From assembly GCA_002633005.1 (NCBI GenBank), contig NMRA01000579.1:1-64000 (forward strand): a DNA stretch of 64,000 bases, written 5' to 3'. The notes under the pieces are model-generated. The model was given only the letters and a program-made list of their open reading frames with translations, was not told where the DNA came from and made no database searches. Below, piece by piece: positions 23,105 to 34,643 of the stretch (positions within the stretch are counted from its first letter, which is position 1; every line of letters starts with the position of its first letter). Position numbers and translations under genes: made by a program. This DNA comes from Phoronis australis. Its lineage: Eukaryota > Animalia > Phoronida.

Positions 23105-25969
23105 CATTCGTAGCAACCTGCGGGACATTACAATGTGAACACAAAATTACAATGTGCGTCGCTCTATTCATTTTGATAGGGAGAATTCAAACCAGTTTGT
23201 ACATCTTGGCGAGGAAAGTTTTGAAAACAGTTTGTTATGGTTGAAAAAAATGATTTTTTATGCCATTTTCTCGAACGAAACTCAAAAAAAATCAAAAAAC
23301 AGTCTAGACTTGATTTATTTGACAAGAGCCCCGTTACACCTGGAGCGTACGTAGAGAACAATTTCCGACCAGTCTAACAAAGCTTTGTCATTTCACAAAT
23401 ATGTCTTGCGGGACGTCCAAGACGCAAGTTCGGGTAATCGTCCGCATTAGCTAAGTCTTAAATTCTGTATTGTATTTTACTAATTTGTTAAATAAGTTAA
23501 TAAACGTAATTTTCCCCTCTCTCTTTCCCTGGGCGGCTAAGCTAATAAACCTATTTAAGGAAGGTGGGAGAGTGACCACCAAATGACTTGGAAAATTTCC
23601 ATTCAGTTTTGAAGGGAGGTTCATCAGACCCCTCTCATTATTATCATTTTATAATTATTTTTCTATTACGGCAGAATAACAGCGGGTTCATGAGCTTAAA
23701 CTCTTTGAGGGAGGCGCAGTTAAAAATCACCAGGGACATCAGAACCGCACTAATGGTGAACCCTTTGGCCAATGACCGACATCGCAGATCCGCACCTGTG
23801 TCACAAAGGAAACGAATAACTAACAACACTCTTTTCCGTAGTTTGAACAGCTACTCTACTCGCATGAATTTTCCCAACCGAACAATAACAAAAACTCTTT
23901 CAAAGCTTGCAGGCACGTGCAATATATACACGAGACTGTACTAGGATTTTTCGGTCATATTCAAAAGTTTTGACTAGTGACAGGCACAAAATTGTGATAG
24001 AACTTTTGTCTGACTATCACAAAATCCAAAATTTATTTTTCACGGAGTCATTAATAAAATTGTCTTTCTCAGTCGAATAGTTTACTAACCGGGGGCGGGG
24101 GTGCAAACCCCCCAGTTTCTGGCGACCGGGGGAGACTACAATTCGTAGTAACCAGCGGCCGGGAGATTACAATATGAACGCAAAATTGTTGACCGAGTTG
24201 CACTTAACAGAGGGCTACAGGCCCCTTGGGTCAGTCCCCATTTCTACGCCAGTGGCTCTCGCAACAAAGATGAAGACGAGAGCAGGACAGATTCGGCTTG
24301 TAGTCGCGTCCAGTACCGTCTCCATGTAAACAAACAGTGAAAACCTTCAAATTAGCTGTTTTTCTCACAAAATCACAGCATACAAATTTGAAAATGTATT
24401 TCAAAATAGTGCCATTAAATTATTCAATCAAAATCCTTTCAAACCATATCACTCATTTCTTATCAGCTCACTATACGTGCAAGAAAAATGCATTCAAACC
24501 TGTCTACTTCGGCGCCCAATTTTGTTGCAAAATGGATGTACAGGTCATAAAAAGAGAACTAATCCATGTCACAGAGGAGGGACCGATCTACATAAAAAGG
24601 ACAGTCACTGAGTGGCGAGACTGGCGTGTCAACGAGTATGCTGAGAACTGCCGAACATGTGGAAATTGATATGTCGTGAAAAAGCTCAAAAATATTTGGA
24701 CAAAGCAACGATTTACTAGGAAGAGAGGCAGAAGTTATCAAAATCAGAAAAGGTCGCTTGGTATGGCTTTTGATACCAGATATTACAAGATAAGGTCAGG
24801 CTATCTAGTTACATGGGGAGATAACCTGAACCAATCCGAATAACACAGCGGAATTGGCTGACCAAGTGAGCACTTAAAGTTAGTGCTATTCATGTATCAT
24901 TTTTTTCGTGTTCAGGAATTACGGCAGCACATTTCTCCATTGAAATAAATAGCATCAGGTCCACAAGTATGTCATAGTAAGGTGAAAAATAAGGCTTTTA
25001 AACCAACAATCAAATGAGAAAATTTATTTATTTTTGTCGCAATATTTTACTTATTCATAAATCGTAAAATTGACAAATCTGTCTCACTTCACAAAAACAA
25101 ATACTACAGAGGAAATATTGTTTAATAAGACAAAAATATATTTGGAATACACAAAATAATTCGTTTAGTTTTATGCTTTACAATTAGACAACACACAACA
25201 CCCGAGATGATTATCAGGTTACTATGAACCCATTTTCCAGCAACAAAAGATTTGGACTAGTAAACTACTAAACATAAAAAATTGACCTGGAAAATTTCCT
25301 TACTCGACCTGGAGGTCATTTCTAGGGCCTGTTGCATGCAAAGCGAACACAAATTTGTCTAAGACCGGAATTGAGGATGAGTTATGACTGACAAGGGAAA
25401 TTAATTATCTAGATACTTAAGAGACACAAAGCTGACATTCACCTCAACTTGGCACAGAAGAGCATACCAACTACACTTCCGCCACCTGTTGTGATTCATA
25501 AAACTAAGTGAGATAAGTGAGAATGCAGTTTCAAGCATAACTGTGGTCCTGAAACTGTGATGGAGATTCATTTACAAGATTATGAGACCCAGTACCTCCA
25601 GGTGGACAGACCAACTACTTGGGCCATGCCTACAGAGCTTTGTCTCAAACAATAACAAACTATCAGTTATTTACAAGCATACCATGTAGAACTCACTTTT
25701 AATCAGAGTAAAAAACAATTCCGAATCAAGATCTTTTTGTGAAAGTGAATAGTCACAATCTTTAACCAAAGTACACGTGTCAATCTAATTTTCCAAGTAA
25801 TAATCAAATATTTGTACTCGACTCTTGCAAATACCTTTCATAAGACAAATGTTGTGAACATTTTAGAACTACCATTGTGCGTGAATATTCATTAAATGAT
25901 AAAGACTTTAACTTCCGTTATTAGCAATATGTGCCCTCACAACAAACTCTTTGTGAGCCTACTGAACTA

Positions 25970-26827
25970 TTAACCCTGGTCATCAGCAGGGGGTGCTAAA
26001 CCTTCACAGTTGCCATGTGCCCTCACATGTACCTGCCAACAATCCCGCCTACTGTACCCTTTACCACAGATGTGGCACTTGAATGGCAGTTCACCCGTGT
26101 GAATCCTCAGATGACGATTGCGGTGGTTCTTCAGTGTGAACGCCTTGCCACAAAATGAGCACGTGAACGCCTGCTCACCCGTGTGAGTCTTGACGTGTGT
26201 GTGAAGGTTTGCCAGCTGGCTGAAAGCCTTTTGACAGATAGCACATTTAAATGGCTTCTCACCAGTGTGTTTTCGCATGTGCTTCCGCAGGTCCCCCTTG
26301 TGGTCAAATGCTTTCAAGCAGTCTGAACACTGATATCTCCTTTGTTCAGAATGTCTTAGCATGTGTCTTTTATAATACTGCCTGTCCAGAAACAATTTGC
26401 AGCAGATTTTACAGTACATCAGTTGACCGTCCGCCGTTTTGTGCTTTTTCAAGTGCTTCGATGGGTCTTCATTATCGGCGAACGTTTTTTCACAAAAAAT
26501 GCAGTGCGGCAGCTTTAGCTCCTCCAATTTGTGACACGAAAGAATATGCATGCGGAAAACGTCAGTGTCACGGCAACGGAATTCACAGACACTACACTTC
26601 TTGAGTTCCTCATCAACCCCAGCCCCAGACTGGGGGTTGACAGCAGTGTCTACAGACAAACCGCATTCATTTTCCACCTCACTGAGATCAGTCAAGTGTC
26701 CATCCACAGTCACACTACACTTACTCGATTTCTCATCAGTACCAGTGGAAGATGTACAACTTCCTTCGCCACAGTTGTATGACATTTTACCACCATCCCT
26801 AAGGGCCAGTTTAATTGAAACATCCAT
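25970..26827 (-). CDS. C2H2 zinc-finger protein, paralog A (7 fingers, ~285 aa)
   Basis: Seven C2H2 fingers with TGEKPF-type linkers. The start ATG (ACAATGG, MDVS) is shared with paralog B, and an in-frame stop lies upstream in the same exon. Confidence 0.88.
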   Translation of the reverse strand: MDVSIKLALRDGGKMSYNCGEGSCTSSTGTDEKSSKCSVTVDGHLTDLSEVENECGLSVDTAVNPQSGAGVDEELKKCSVCEFRCRDTDVFRMHILSCHKLEELKLPHCIFCEKTFADNEDPSKHLKKHKTADGQLMYCKICCKLFLDRQYYKRHMLRHSEQRRYQCSDCLKAFDHKGDLRKHMRKHTGEKPFKCAICQKAFSQLANLHTHVKTHTGEQAFTCSFCGKAFTLKNHRNRHLRIHTGELPFKCHICGKGYSRRDCWQVHVRAHGNCEGLAPPADDQG

Positions 26828-27228
26828 TGTACCAATCATGCTCCACTTGCAAGCTTTTTCTCTGCTACATGTACCGGGATGAGTAAGGCCTGATGGTCCA
26901 GCTTTCTCAACCTCATCTAGAAGTTCCACAACTATTACTATGTGTCTGGTTGGCTATGGGTAAGACCTAGAATAAATGCAATCAAAATTATTGGTAAAAT
27001 AAAGGGTGAATTAGAAAAAGTCGTATAAACTAGAGGTTCTGAGGAAGAGGGTGTCTTGTGATACAATATGCAATTTTCTTGGACTTTGTTACTCATTTAA
27101 TCAAGTTATGCACAACAATGACAGTAACATCAACTTTTAGTGCTAAAATGTTAAAACAATTGAAACGCAGAAAACACACAAACAGCTATACAAAGTGCAG
27201 TGTTTTAAACCCCTCCCCCAACTTCATG

Positions 27229-27479
27229 CAGGGCTTGGAATGACCAATGAAAAAAGAGGAAAACTTCCCAGGCAATGTATTGTTGTACAAAAACTAGGCT
27301 TGTGAGATAAAAATATTTTTTGTGTTGTAGTAAAATTTACCTGAAATAAAGGTTTTTGCATGAACAAGTAAAAATAATGATAAGAAACGAAAAAAGAGGA
27401 AACTGGTGGAAATCAAATAAGAAGATATCGAAACCAAAATAGAGGAAATCTTATTAAAAGAGGAAAATACCAAGCCTTG
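27229..27479. mobile_element. MITE with cagggcttgg TIR (also at 34024-34271)
   Basis: TIRs cagggcttggaat / ataccaagcc(t/c)tg, flanked by TTCATG on both sides, with internal GAGGAAA repeats. Present in both duplicate blocks. Confidence 0.7.
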
Positions 27480-30400
27480 TTCATGCCATAAAAATTCCAT
27501 TTATTTCAAACAACTATTACTTCTATACCTTTCTGTAAAGATAATTCTTCATTGAAACCCTATATTGAACTTATTTCACTTTTGAAAAACTTGTCGGTAA
27601 TGGTCTGATATAACATGACTAAATTTTGAGAACCAGTTTTCTCCACTGAACAACGGACATCAAACTGGTCCTCAAAATACGGACACGTTATATTAGACTA
27701 TCGCCAGCTTGTGGATATTTCACAACAAATTACACAAGTGAAATCTTCCATTTGATAGTTTTGTTCTTTTTGTTATCACAGAACCAAAATTTTAAGCAAA
27801 CTTGGTTTGGTGAAGTTATCACCATCTCCTTATCAGATGTATATTTACCAAACCCAAAATACACGAGTTATGTTTTAAAATTTGGCATCTGAGTTTTGTT
27901 TTTCACAAACGCGAGAGTAGTGTAAGTAAAGAATGTCAATTAAATTGTGTCATTTTTAATCAACTGACCTAACGGACAAAATATGCACACGTCATATGAA
28001 TGTTGGAGAAATACAAACTAAAGAAATGTTGGGTGTGAGTATATTTTCAGTAAAATTAGCTTCAATTAGTAAATTGACATTTTTCCTCATGATTGCCAGC
28101 AATGTTTTAACGTTCAGACATGCAGTTCAAGCCACAGACAGGCTGGCATTATGGTGACGTTAATTTGTCCAAGTCGAATAATAATGGCGTTTTGTGTAAA
28201 TTTATTGAGTTTTGTGTTTGATATGGATGGCCGAAGTGAAGCACCCATGGAATTCCTTGAACCGAATGTCATACCTTGTAGTATTACATATAGTAAGTGT
28301 ATTGACTATTGGGGACGACTCCGAAGCTGAGGCTACCTGTGCTTGAATTCAGAATTTTGAGTTAGTTATTCCGGCGCCAACCCATCACTCACAGGGATAA
28401 TTTAATGGAGTCAAGGAAAGATAAGACTTCGGAGGTTGGTGCAATTCCACTCTGAGGGAGATGTACACAAATTTTAATTTTATTTGGAATTGGGAGCCTG
28501 GGCTCGGCAAAGTTTTAGTGTCCAACCTTTATGTTTCATATTACGGCGGTCGAACCATTTTTTCCTTCTGAAGAAATTACTATCATCGGAAAGATAATGC
28601 ATCCTACTCAATAAAAATCGAAAAATTATCAAAATCAGGGCAATCACTATCACTGCACTGCAATGATGGTTATGAATGATGAGTCATCGGGAAATCCGAG
28701 CGCTCTGCCGTAGTCTAACTACGTGAAATCAACTACTCTAACGGTTCACAAGCAATTAAGATAGAAAAGTTTAAAATGCCCACTCGGAATCGTACTAAAG
28801 TCTTACCCGATCAACCCCAAATCAGATCTTTACTGGAGCAAATTCGCCAGGTTTATGAGAACTAATGGACTATTGACGTCATTATTCACTACCGACACCT
28901 GGCGTGCGTTCAGTAACGCATGATTTCAATACAGATGATGCAACTATCCTAGACGTGAGGAAGACGGGTTCAGAAGGCCTTGTTGTAAAGGAAGTCTCCA
29001 TGCATGAGAGTCCCTCTTCGATTTGTCACATTTACGTACGAGATGGTATTCTGACGTCAATGCCGCACAGTCTGCTGGTCAAAACGCCACCAGAATACGA
29101 TTACGTCACCAGCGGCAAGCTGAAGTCCGCCGTGAGATGCGGACGCTAAGTCGCTATTACTAGTTTTTTGATTCCAGTATTAGACTCAAATTGTTTCTTA
29201 GCTGGATGTCTCAAAATTTTCATGCTTTTACCGTGTCTACGTTTCATTACACCACTCTGTACGGCAATTTATAAGTCTCAGTGAGGAACAAGAGAACTCA
29301 TATCAGTCGGATATCGTTCTAGGTAGGCGGGTATCATTTTTTTTCAACGCGTATGGCTCCTATTTCAAAGTGAAATTGGCTGCCTCCGTCAATCGCACCA
29401 TAACGTAGAATTGTCGTGAGGACTTGACAGGGACCTCATGGGTCTCACACTCCACTGATTTATCCACATTGAATTTGCCCAGTGGCACACATTGTGAGTC
29501 ATAAAAGACTCGGAGACTGATAAGCATACCTGCACCTGACGCAGCAAGTAGAACAACTCTCGTTTATCACATTGGTGTAGGTGAACTATGGTTTTCTGTT
29601 GACCCCAGACCGCCCGGAGTTGCAACATCATACCAACTCCGTCCGGACGGTCTCTCACGACCATTTAGCGTTATGCGTTGAGATCAAGAGAATGCCGGCT
29701 TTTTAACTTAGCGTCTATAACAAGTCATCTATTCCGTGTGAGGTCACCCGCCAAAAATATGGCTGTTAGTATTAGCCGATCGTCATTGTGACATTTATAA
29801 TTTAAAACAGACGGCAATAGTCTCTTATGTCGAATTATTGAATATTTATCGAAATAAAACAATGGATGTATAGGTTTCAATAAAACTTATTCAACTTAAA
29901 AATGCTAAAATCGTTTTACCGTCGTTTTGCCGAGATTTTCTTGAAACAGGCAGTCTTCCTCTCATATTGGACGTGCCACTATGATCCAAGCCGTCATTTT
30001 TTTAAAATGGCCAGGACTGTACGTCGCTGTCAGCCCCAACTCAAAATCATGGGTCCGACCCTTCTGCAAAAGGCGTTTTCAATTCATAAAGAGCGTTCAA
30101 ACTATGGAACTGAAATATGCCAAGTGAAAATCATTTAGCCGTTAATTCAGGACTATTTTCATAATAAAGACTCTATAATTATATTTTCAGCTCAGTTTGT
30201 CGAGAATAGGCCGACAAAAGAAAGAGCTCAGTAGCTCACCAGAGTTCCGACCTCCTAGTCGGTTTACCAGATGCAAGCATGCGCACGCAAACTTCCAGAT
30301 TACCAAGGTGGCACCATAGACATCACAGTATTTTAATACTGTGATAACTTTGGTGCCACCTTAGAAAAAGATGTCTATGGGTGGCACTGAATAGTTAGGC

Positions 30401-32476
30401 TGCGGCCAATTTGCAGTGCCAAAATATTAAAATCTAGGGGTAGCTAGGCCAGGCTTGGGGGCATTTTAGTTAGGTATTGTGTGTAGGCCAAGTGAATGGA
30501 TTTTTTGGTATTTGTGAACATGCCTGAGAATGAAAAAGGACACTTTCTCGGCTGTAGCTGCACTCTTCTTCAAGATGGTGGCCCCCTGTTAAAATTGTGC
30601 ATTGCTGTGCAGCAACTGAGAAATTGGCCGCGATTTCAGGTAGCCCTCAAACAAGCCAGATTTGCAAAAAAAAAACTAGTTGGTTGACAGTACTTTTGGA
30701 CCACATTGTTGGAATCGGTAAGAAATTTGCTTTCGGAATCTAATGTTGGCTTTAGTCGAGCATCGGCAGGGAAGTGGTGATTTGGGGGTGAAAAGTGCCG
30801 AAATTTGCATTTTTGTCCTTATTTTTCTTAGTTCTCAGCTTGGTTTCCACTGGTAGTGAAAGGGTAAAAAATATAAGAGAGAATAAAGTTTCTGTGCTCA
30901 TCTGTAGGGCTTGTGATGTGAAATCACACAAAACATTTCTTAATTTACATGCAGTTCAGTTTTGACAGAGTGAAGAAAGGGTGAAGAGTGCATTGACGTG
31001 TGTTCTGATAGGCAAACCCCTGTGAGAACTGTTCAGTGCCTCCTAAATAACGGCATAATGCGTCCACATATAAATAAGTGGGGCATAAAAATTGCCAGGT
31101 GACAGCGAATGAAAACCGTCGTTATAGCGCGCTGTAGGCTACCTGGGCCTTCACACGCTATCCGTGAGAATGAGGCCTGGGAAGGTTAGGCTCAGACTGA
31201 ACTGCCAAACAAGATGTCTTGGAAATTGACATCTTGTGAGTACGCTCAAAATTGTTCGACAAAGGAATGATTTACTACGAAGGAGGCAGAAGTTATCAAA
31301 ATCAGAAATGGTCGCTTGGTATTGCTTTTGATATCAGATATTACAAGATAAGGTCATGCTATCTAGTTACATGGGGAGATAACCTGACCGGATCCGAATA
31401 ACACGGTAGTTACTTAACTTACGAAGCATTTTTCGTGTTCAGGAATTACGTCAGCACATTTCTCCATTGAAATAAATGGTATCACGCCCACAAGCACGTG
31501 GAAGTAAGGTGAAAAAATAAGGCTTTTTAAACAAACAAATAAGTACATCCATTTATTTTATTTGCAATATTTTCTTATTCATAAATCATAAAATTGTAAA
31601 ATTTGTCTCACTTCACAAAAATCAATACTACGAAGTCAATGAAACAAGAAATATATTTGGAACACACAAAATAATTCCTTTTGTTTTATGCTTTAGATTA
31701 GACAACACACAACACCAGAGATGATAATCAGGTTACTATGAAATCATCTTCCATCAACAAAAGATTTTGACTAGTAAACTACTTAACATTAAAACTGACC
31801 TGAAAATTGCATTACTCAACTTGGAGACCATTTCTAGTACCTGTTGCATGCAAAGGAACAAAAATTTGTCAAAGACCAGAATTCAGGATAAGTTAAGTTT
31901 GAAGAGAAAAATTAATCATTTATAAAAGACTTTAGAAACACAAAGCTGACATTCGGTCTCAACGTGGCATAGGAAAGCATACTAACTAAATTTTCACCAC
32001 CTGTTGTGGATTCATAAAACTAAGTGAGATATGAGAGAATGCGGTTTCAAGCATAATTGTGGTCTTGAAACTGATGGAGATTTATTTACAGCATTTTGAG
32101 AATTGAGTACTTCCAGGTGGACCGACCAACTACTTGGGCAATGCTTACATACCTTAGTCCCAAACAATAACAAACTGTTAGTTATTCACAAGCCTACTAT
32201 GTAGAACTCACTTTTAATCAGAGTAAAGAAGAATTCAAGATATGTTTTGTAACAGTGAATAGTCACAATCTTTAACCAAAGTACATGTGTAAATGTAATT
32301 TTCCAAGTAACAATAAAATATTTGTACTCGACTCTTGCAAATACCTGTCATAAGACCAATGTGATCATTTAGAACTACCATTGTGTGTGATATTCGTTAC
32401 ATGATATATAGATTTTAACTTCTGTTATTAGCAATATGTGCCCTCACAACAAACTCTTTGTGAGCCTATTGAACTA

Positions 32477-33637
32477 TTAATCCTGGTCATCAGCAGGGGG
32501 TACTAATACTTCACATTTGCCATGTGCCTTCACATGTATCTTGCAATAGTCCCGCCTACTGAACTCTTTACCACAGATGTGGCACTTGAATGGCAGTTCA
32601 CCCGTGTGAATCCTCAGATGACGATTGCGGTGGTACTTCTGTGTGAACGCCTTGCCACAAAATGAACATGTGAACGACTGTTCACCTGTGTGAGTCTTGA
32701 CGTGTGTGTGAAGATTTGCCAGCTGGCTGAAAGCCTTTTGACAGATAGCACATTTAAATGGCTTCTCGCCACTGTGTTTTCGCATGTGTTTCCGTAGGTC
32801 CCCCTTGTGGTCAAATGCTTTCAAGCAGTCTGAACACTGGTGTCTCCTTTGTCCAGAATGTCTTAGCATGTGTCTGTTATAATAACGCCTGTCCAGAAAC
32901 AATTTACAACAGGTTTTACAGTACATCAGTTGACCGTCCGCTGTTTTGTGCTTTTGTAAGTGCTTCAATGGGTCTTCATTATCGGCAAACGCTTTTTTAC
33001 AAACAATGCAATACGGCAGCTTTAGTTCCTCCAGTTTGTGACACGAAAGCATATGCATGCGGAAAACGTCAGTGTCATGGCAACAGAATTCACAGACACT
33101 ACACTTGTTTAGTTCCTCACCAACCCCAGACCCAGACTGGGAGATGACAGCTGTGTCTACAGACACATCACATTTAGTTCCCACCCCACTGAAATCTGTT
33201 GAGCTACCATCCGCAGTCATGCTACACTTACTTGGTTTCTCATCAATACCAGTGGAAGATTCGGAAACCAAAGCATTGCCATTGCTAGTATTTGGCATGT
33301 TTGTCCTCCCTCCATGACCAGACTTGGCAGACGAAACGCATGGTTTCTCTGTAGCATCTGCCTCAGACTTAAAAATAATGGTACTATCTGCAGCTGACCT
33401 AAACACAGTTGATTTTTCACCAACACCAGTTTCATATTGGCAAACAACGCCACCGTGCACGGTGGTACTGCATTTTAACCAATCACTAGTCTTCAATCCA
33501 TTCTCTGTATTGTACATCTCAGTATTGCTCGAATGAACTTCGGAATCGCACAAAGAACCGCATGTAGGACTACCTTTGCCACAGTTGTATGATATCTCAC
33601 CACCATTCCTGTGGGCCAGTTTCATTGAAACATCCAT
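32477..33637 (-). CDS. C2H2 zinc-finger protein, paralog B (7 fingers, 386 aa)
   Basis: Intact ORF with seven C2H2 fingers, highly similar to paralog A. Confidence 0.9.
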   Translation of the reverse strand: MDVSMKLAHRNGGEISYNCGKGSPTCGSLCDSEVHSSNTEMYNTENGLKTSDWLKCSTTVHGGVVCQYETGVGEKSTVFRSAADSTIIFKSEADATEKPCVSSAKSGHGGRTNMPNTSNGNALVSESSTGIDEKPSKCSMTADGSSTDFSGVGTKCDVSVDTAVISQSGSGVGEELNKCSVCEFCCHDTDVFRMHMLSCHKLEELKLPYCIVCKKAFADNEDPLKHLQKHKTADGQLMYCKTCCKLFLDRRYYNRHMLRHSGQRRHQCSDCLKAFDHKGDLRKHMRKHSGEKPFKCAICQKAFSQLANLHTHVKTHTGEQSFTCSFCGKAFTQKYHRNRHLRIHTGELPFKCHICGKEFSRRDYCKIHVKAHGKCEVLVPPADDQD

Positions 33638-34342
33638 TGTACCAGTCGCGCTCCACTATCAAGCTTTTTCTCTTGCTACATGTACCGGGTCGAGTAAGGA
33701 CTGATTGTCCAGCTTTCTCAACCTCATCTAGAAGTTCCACGACTAATAATATGTGTCTGGTTGGCTATGGACAACATCTAGAATAAATGAAATCAAAATT
33801 ATTGGTAAAATAAAGTGTGAATTAGAAAAGGTCGTGTAAACTATAGGTTCTGAGGAAGAGGATGTCTTGTAAATACACAATCATCCATGCTTAATTAATA
33901 AAGTTATGCGCAATAATGACAGTAACATTGACTTTTAATACTAAAATGATTAAACAATTCAAAGTCAAAAAAACATACAAACGGCTATACATAGTGCAGT
34001 GTTTCAAACCCCTGTACTTCATGCAGGGCTTGGAATGACCAATGACAAAAAGAGGAACATTTTCCAGGTGATGTATCGTACAAAAAATAGGCTTGTGAGA
34101 TACAAATATTTTTGTGCTATATCAAAATTTACCTGAAATAAAGATTTTTGCACGAATAAAGTCAAAAGAGTGATAAGAGATGAAAAACAAGAGGAAACTG
34201 GAAATCAAATAAGAGGAAATCGAAACCAAAAAAGAGGAAACCCTCTTAAAAGAGGAAAATACCAAGCCCTGTTCGTGTCATAAAAAAATTCATTTATTTC
34301 ACACAACTATTATTAGCTCTATACCTTCATGTTAAGATAATT

Positions 34343-34643
34343 AGTATAGTTTGGTAGTAGCCTGTCGTTTATGCAAACTTTCTTAAAGACACGACTAGAT
34401 CTTTGTTAGCGAGCTTGATACTGGTACGTTCATAATTTTGGATCAGTTTCCTGTCTTCAGGTGTGCAAGTATGAAGTAAAACACTGAGAGACATAACAAA
34501 CAAATAAATTAAAACACTAGCTATATTTCGTGACTGCTTGTTACATCATCAGGCAATGAGTGGAATGAACATATACATAGCGAAATAAACAGTGACATTG
34601 TCTATTTCAAAAAGACAAAAAGTCTAGTCGTGTCTAACGAAGG
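34343..34643. mobile_element. 301-bp insertion with a 10-bp TSD, unclassified (possibly Penelope-like-derived)
   Basis: Absent from copy A. TAAGATAATT at 34333-34342 and 34644-34653. Asymmetric internal inverted repeat agacacgactaga. Confidence 0.75.

Larger units (their letters stand above)
24645..28186. repeat. Segmental duplication copy A (paralog at ~31198-35295)
   Basis: Colinear similarity across the 3' flank, CDS and upstream intron, with many substitutions and indels (roughly 85% by eye). Confidence 0.9.

Noticed and set aside
26828-26929. N-terminal extension of ZF paralog A in the ORF track
   Set aside because: It starts at GTG, is preceded by an in-frame stop, and is frameshifted in paralog B; likely 5' UTR.
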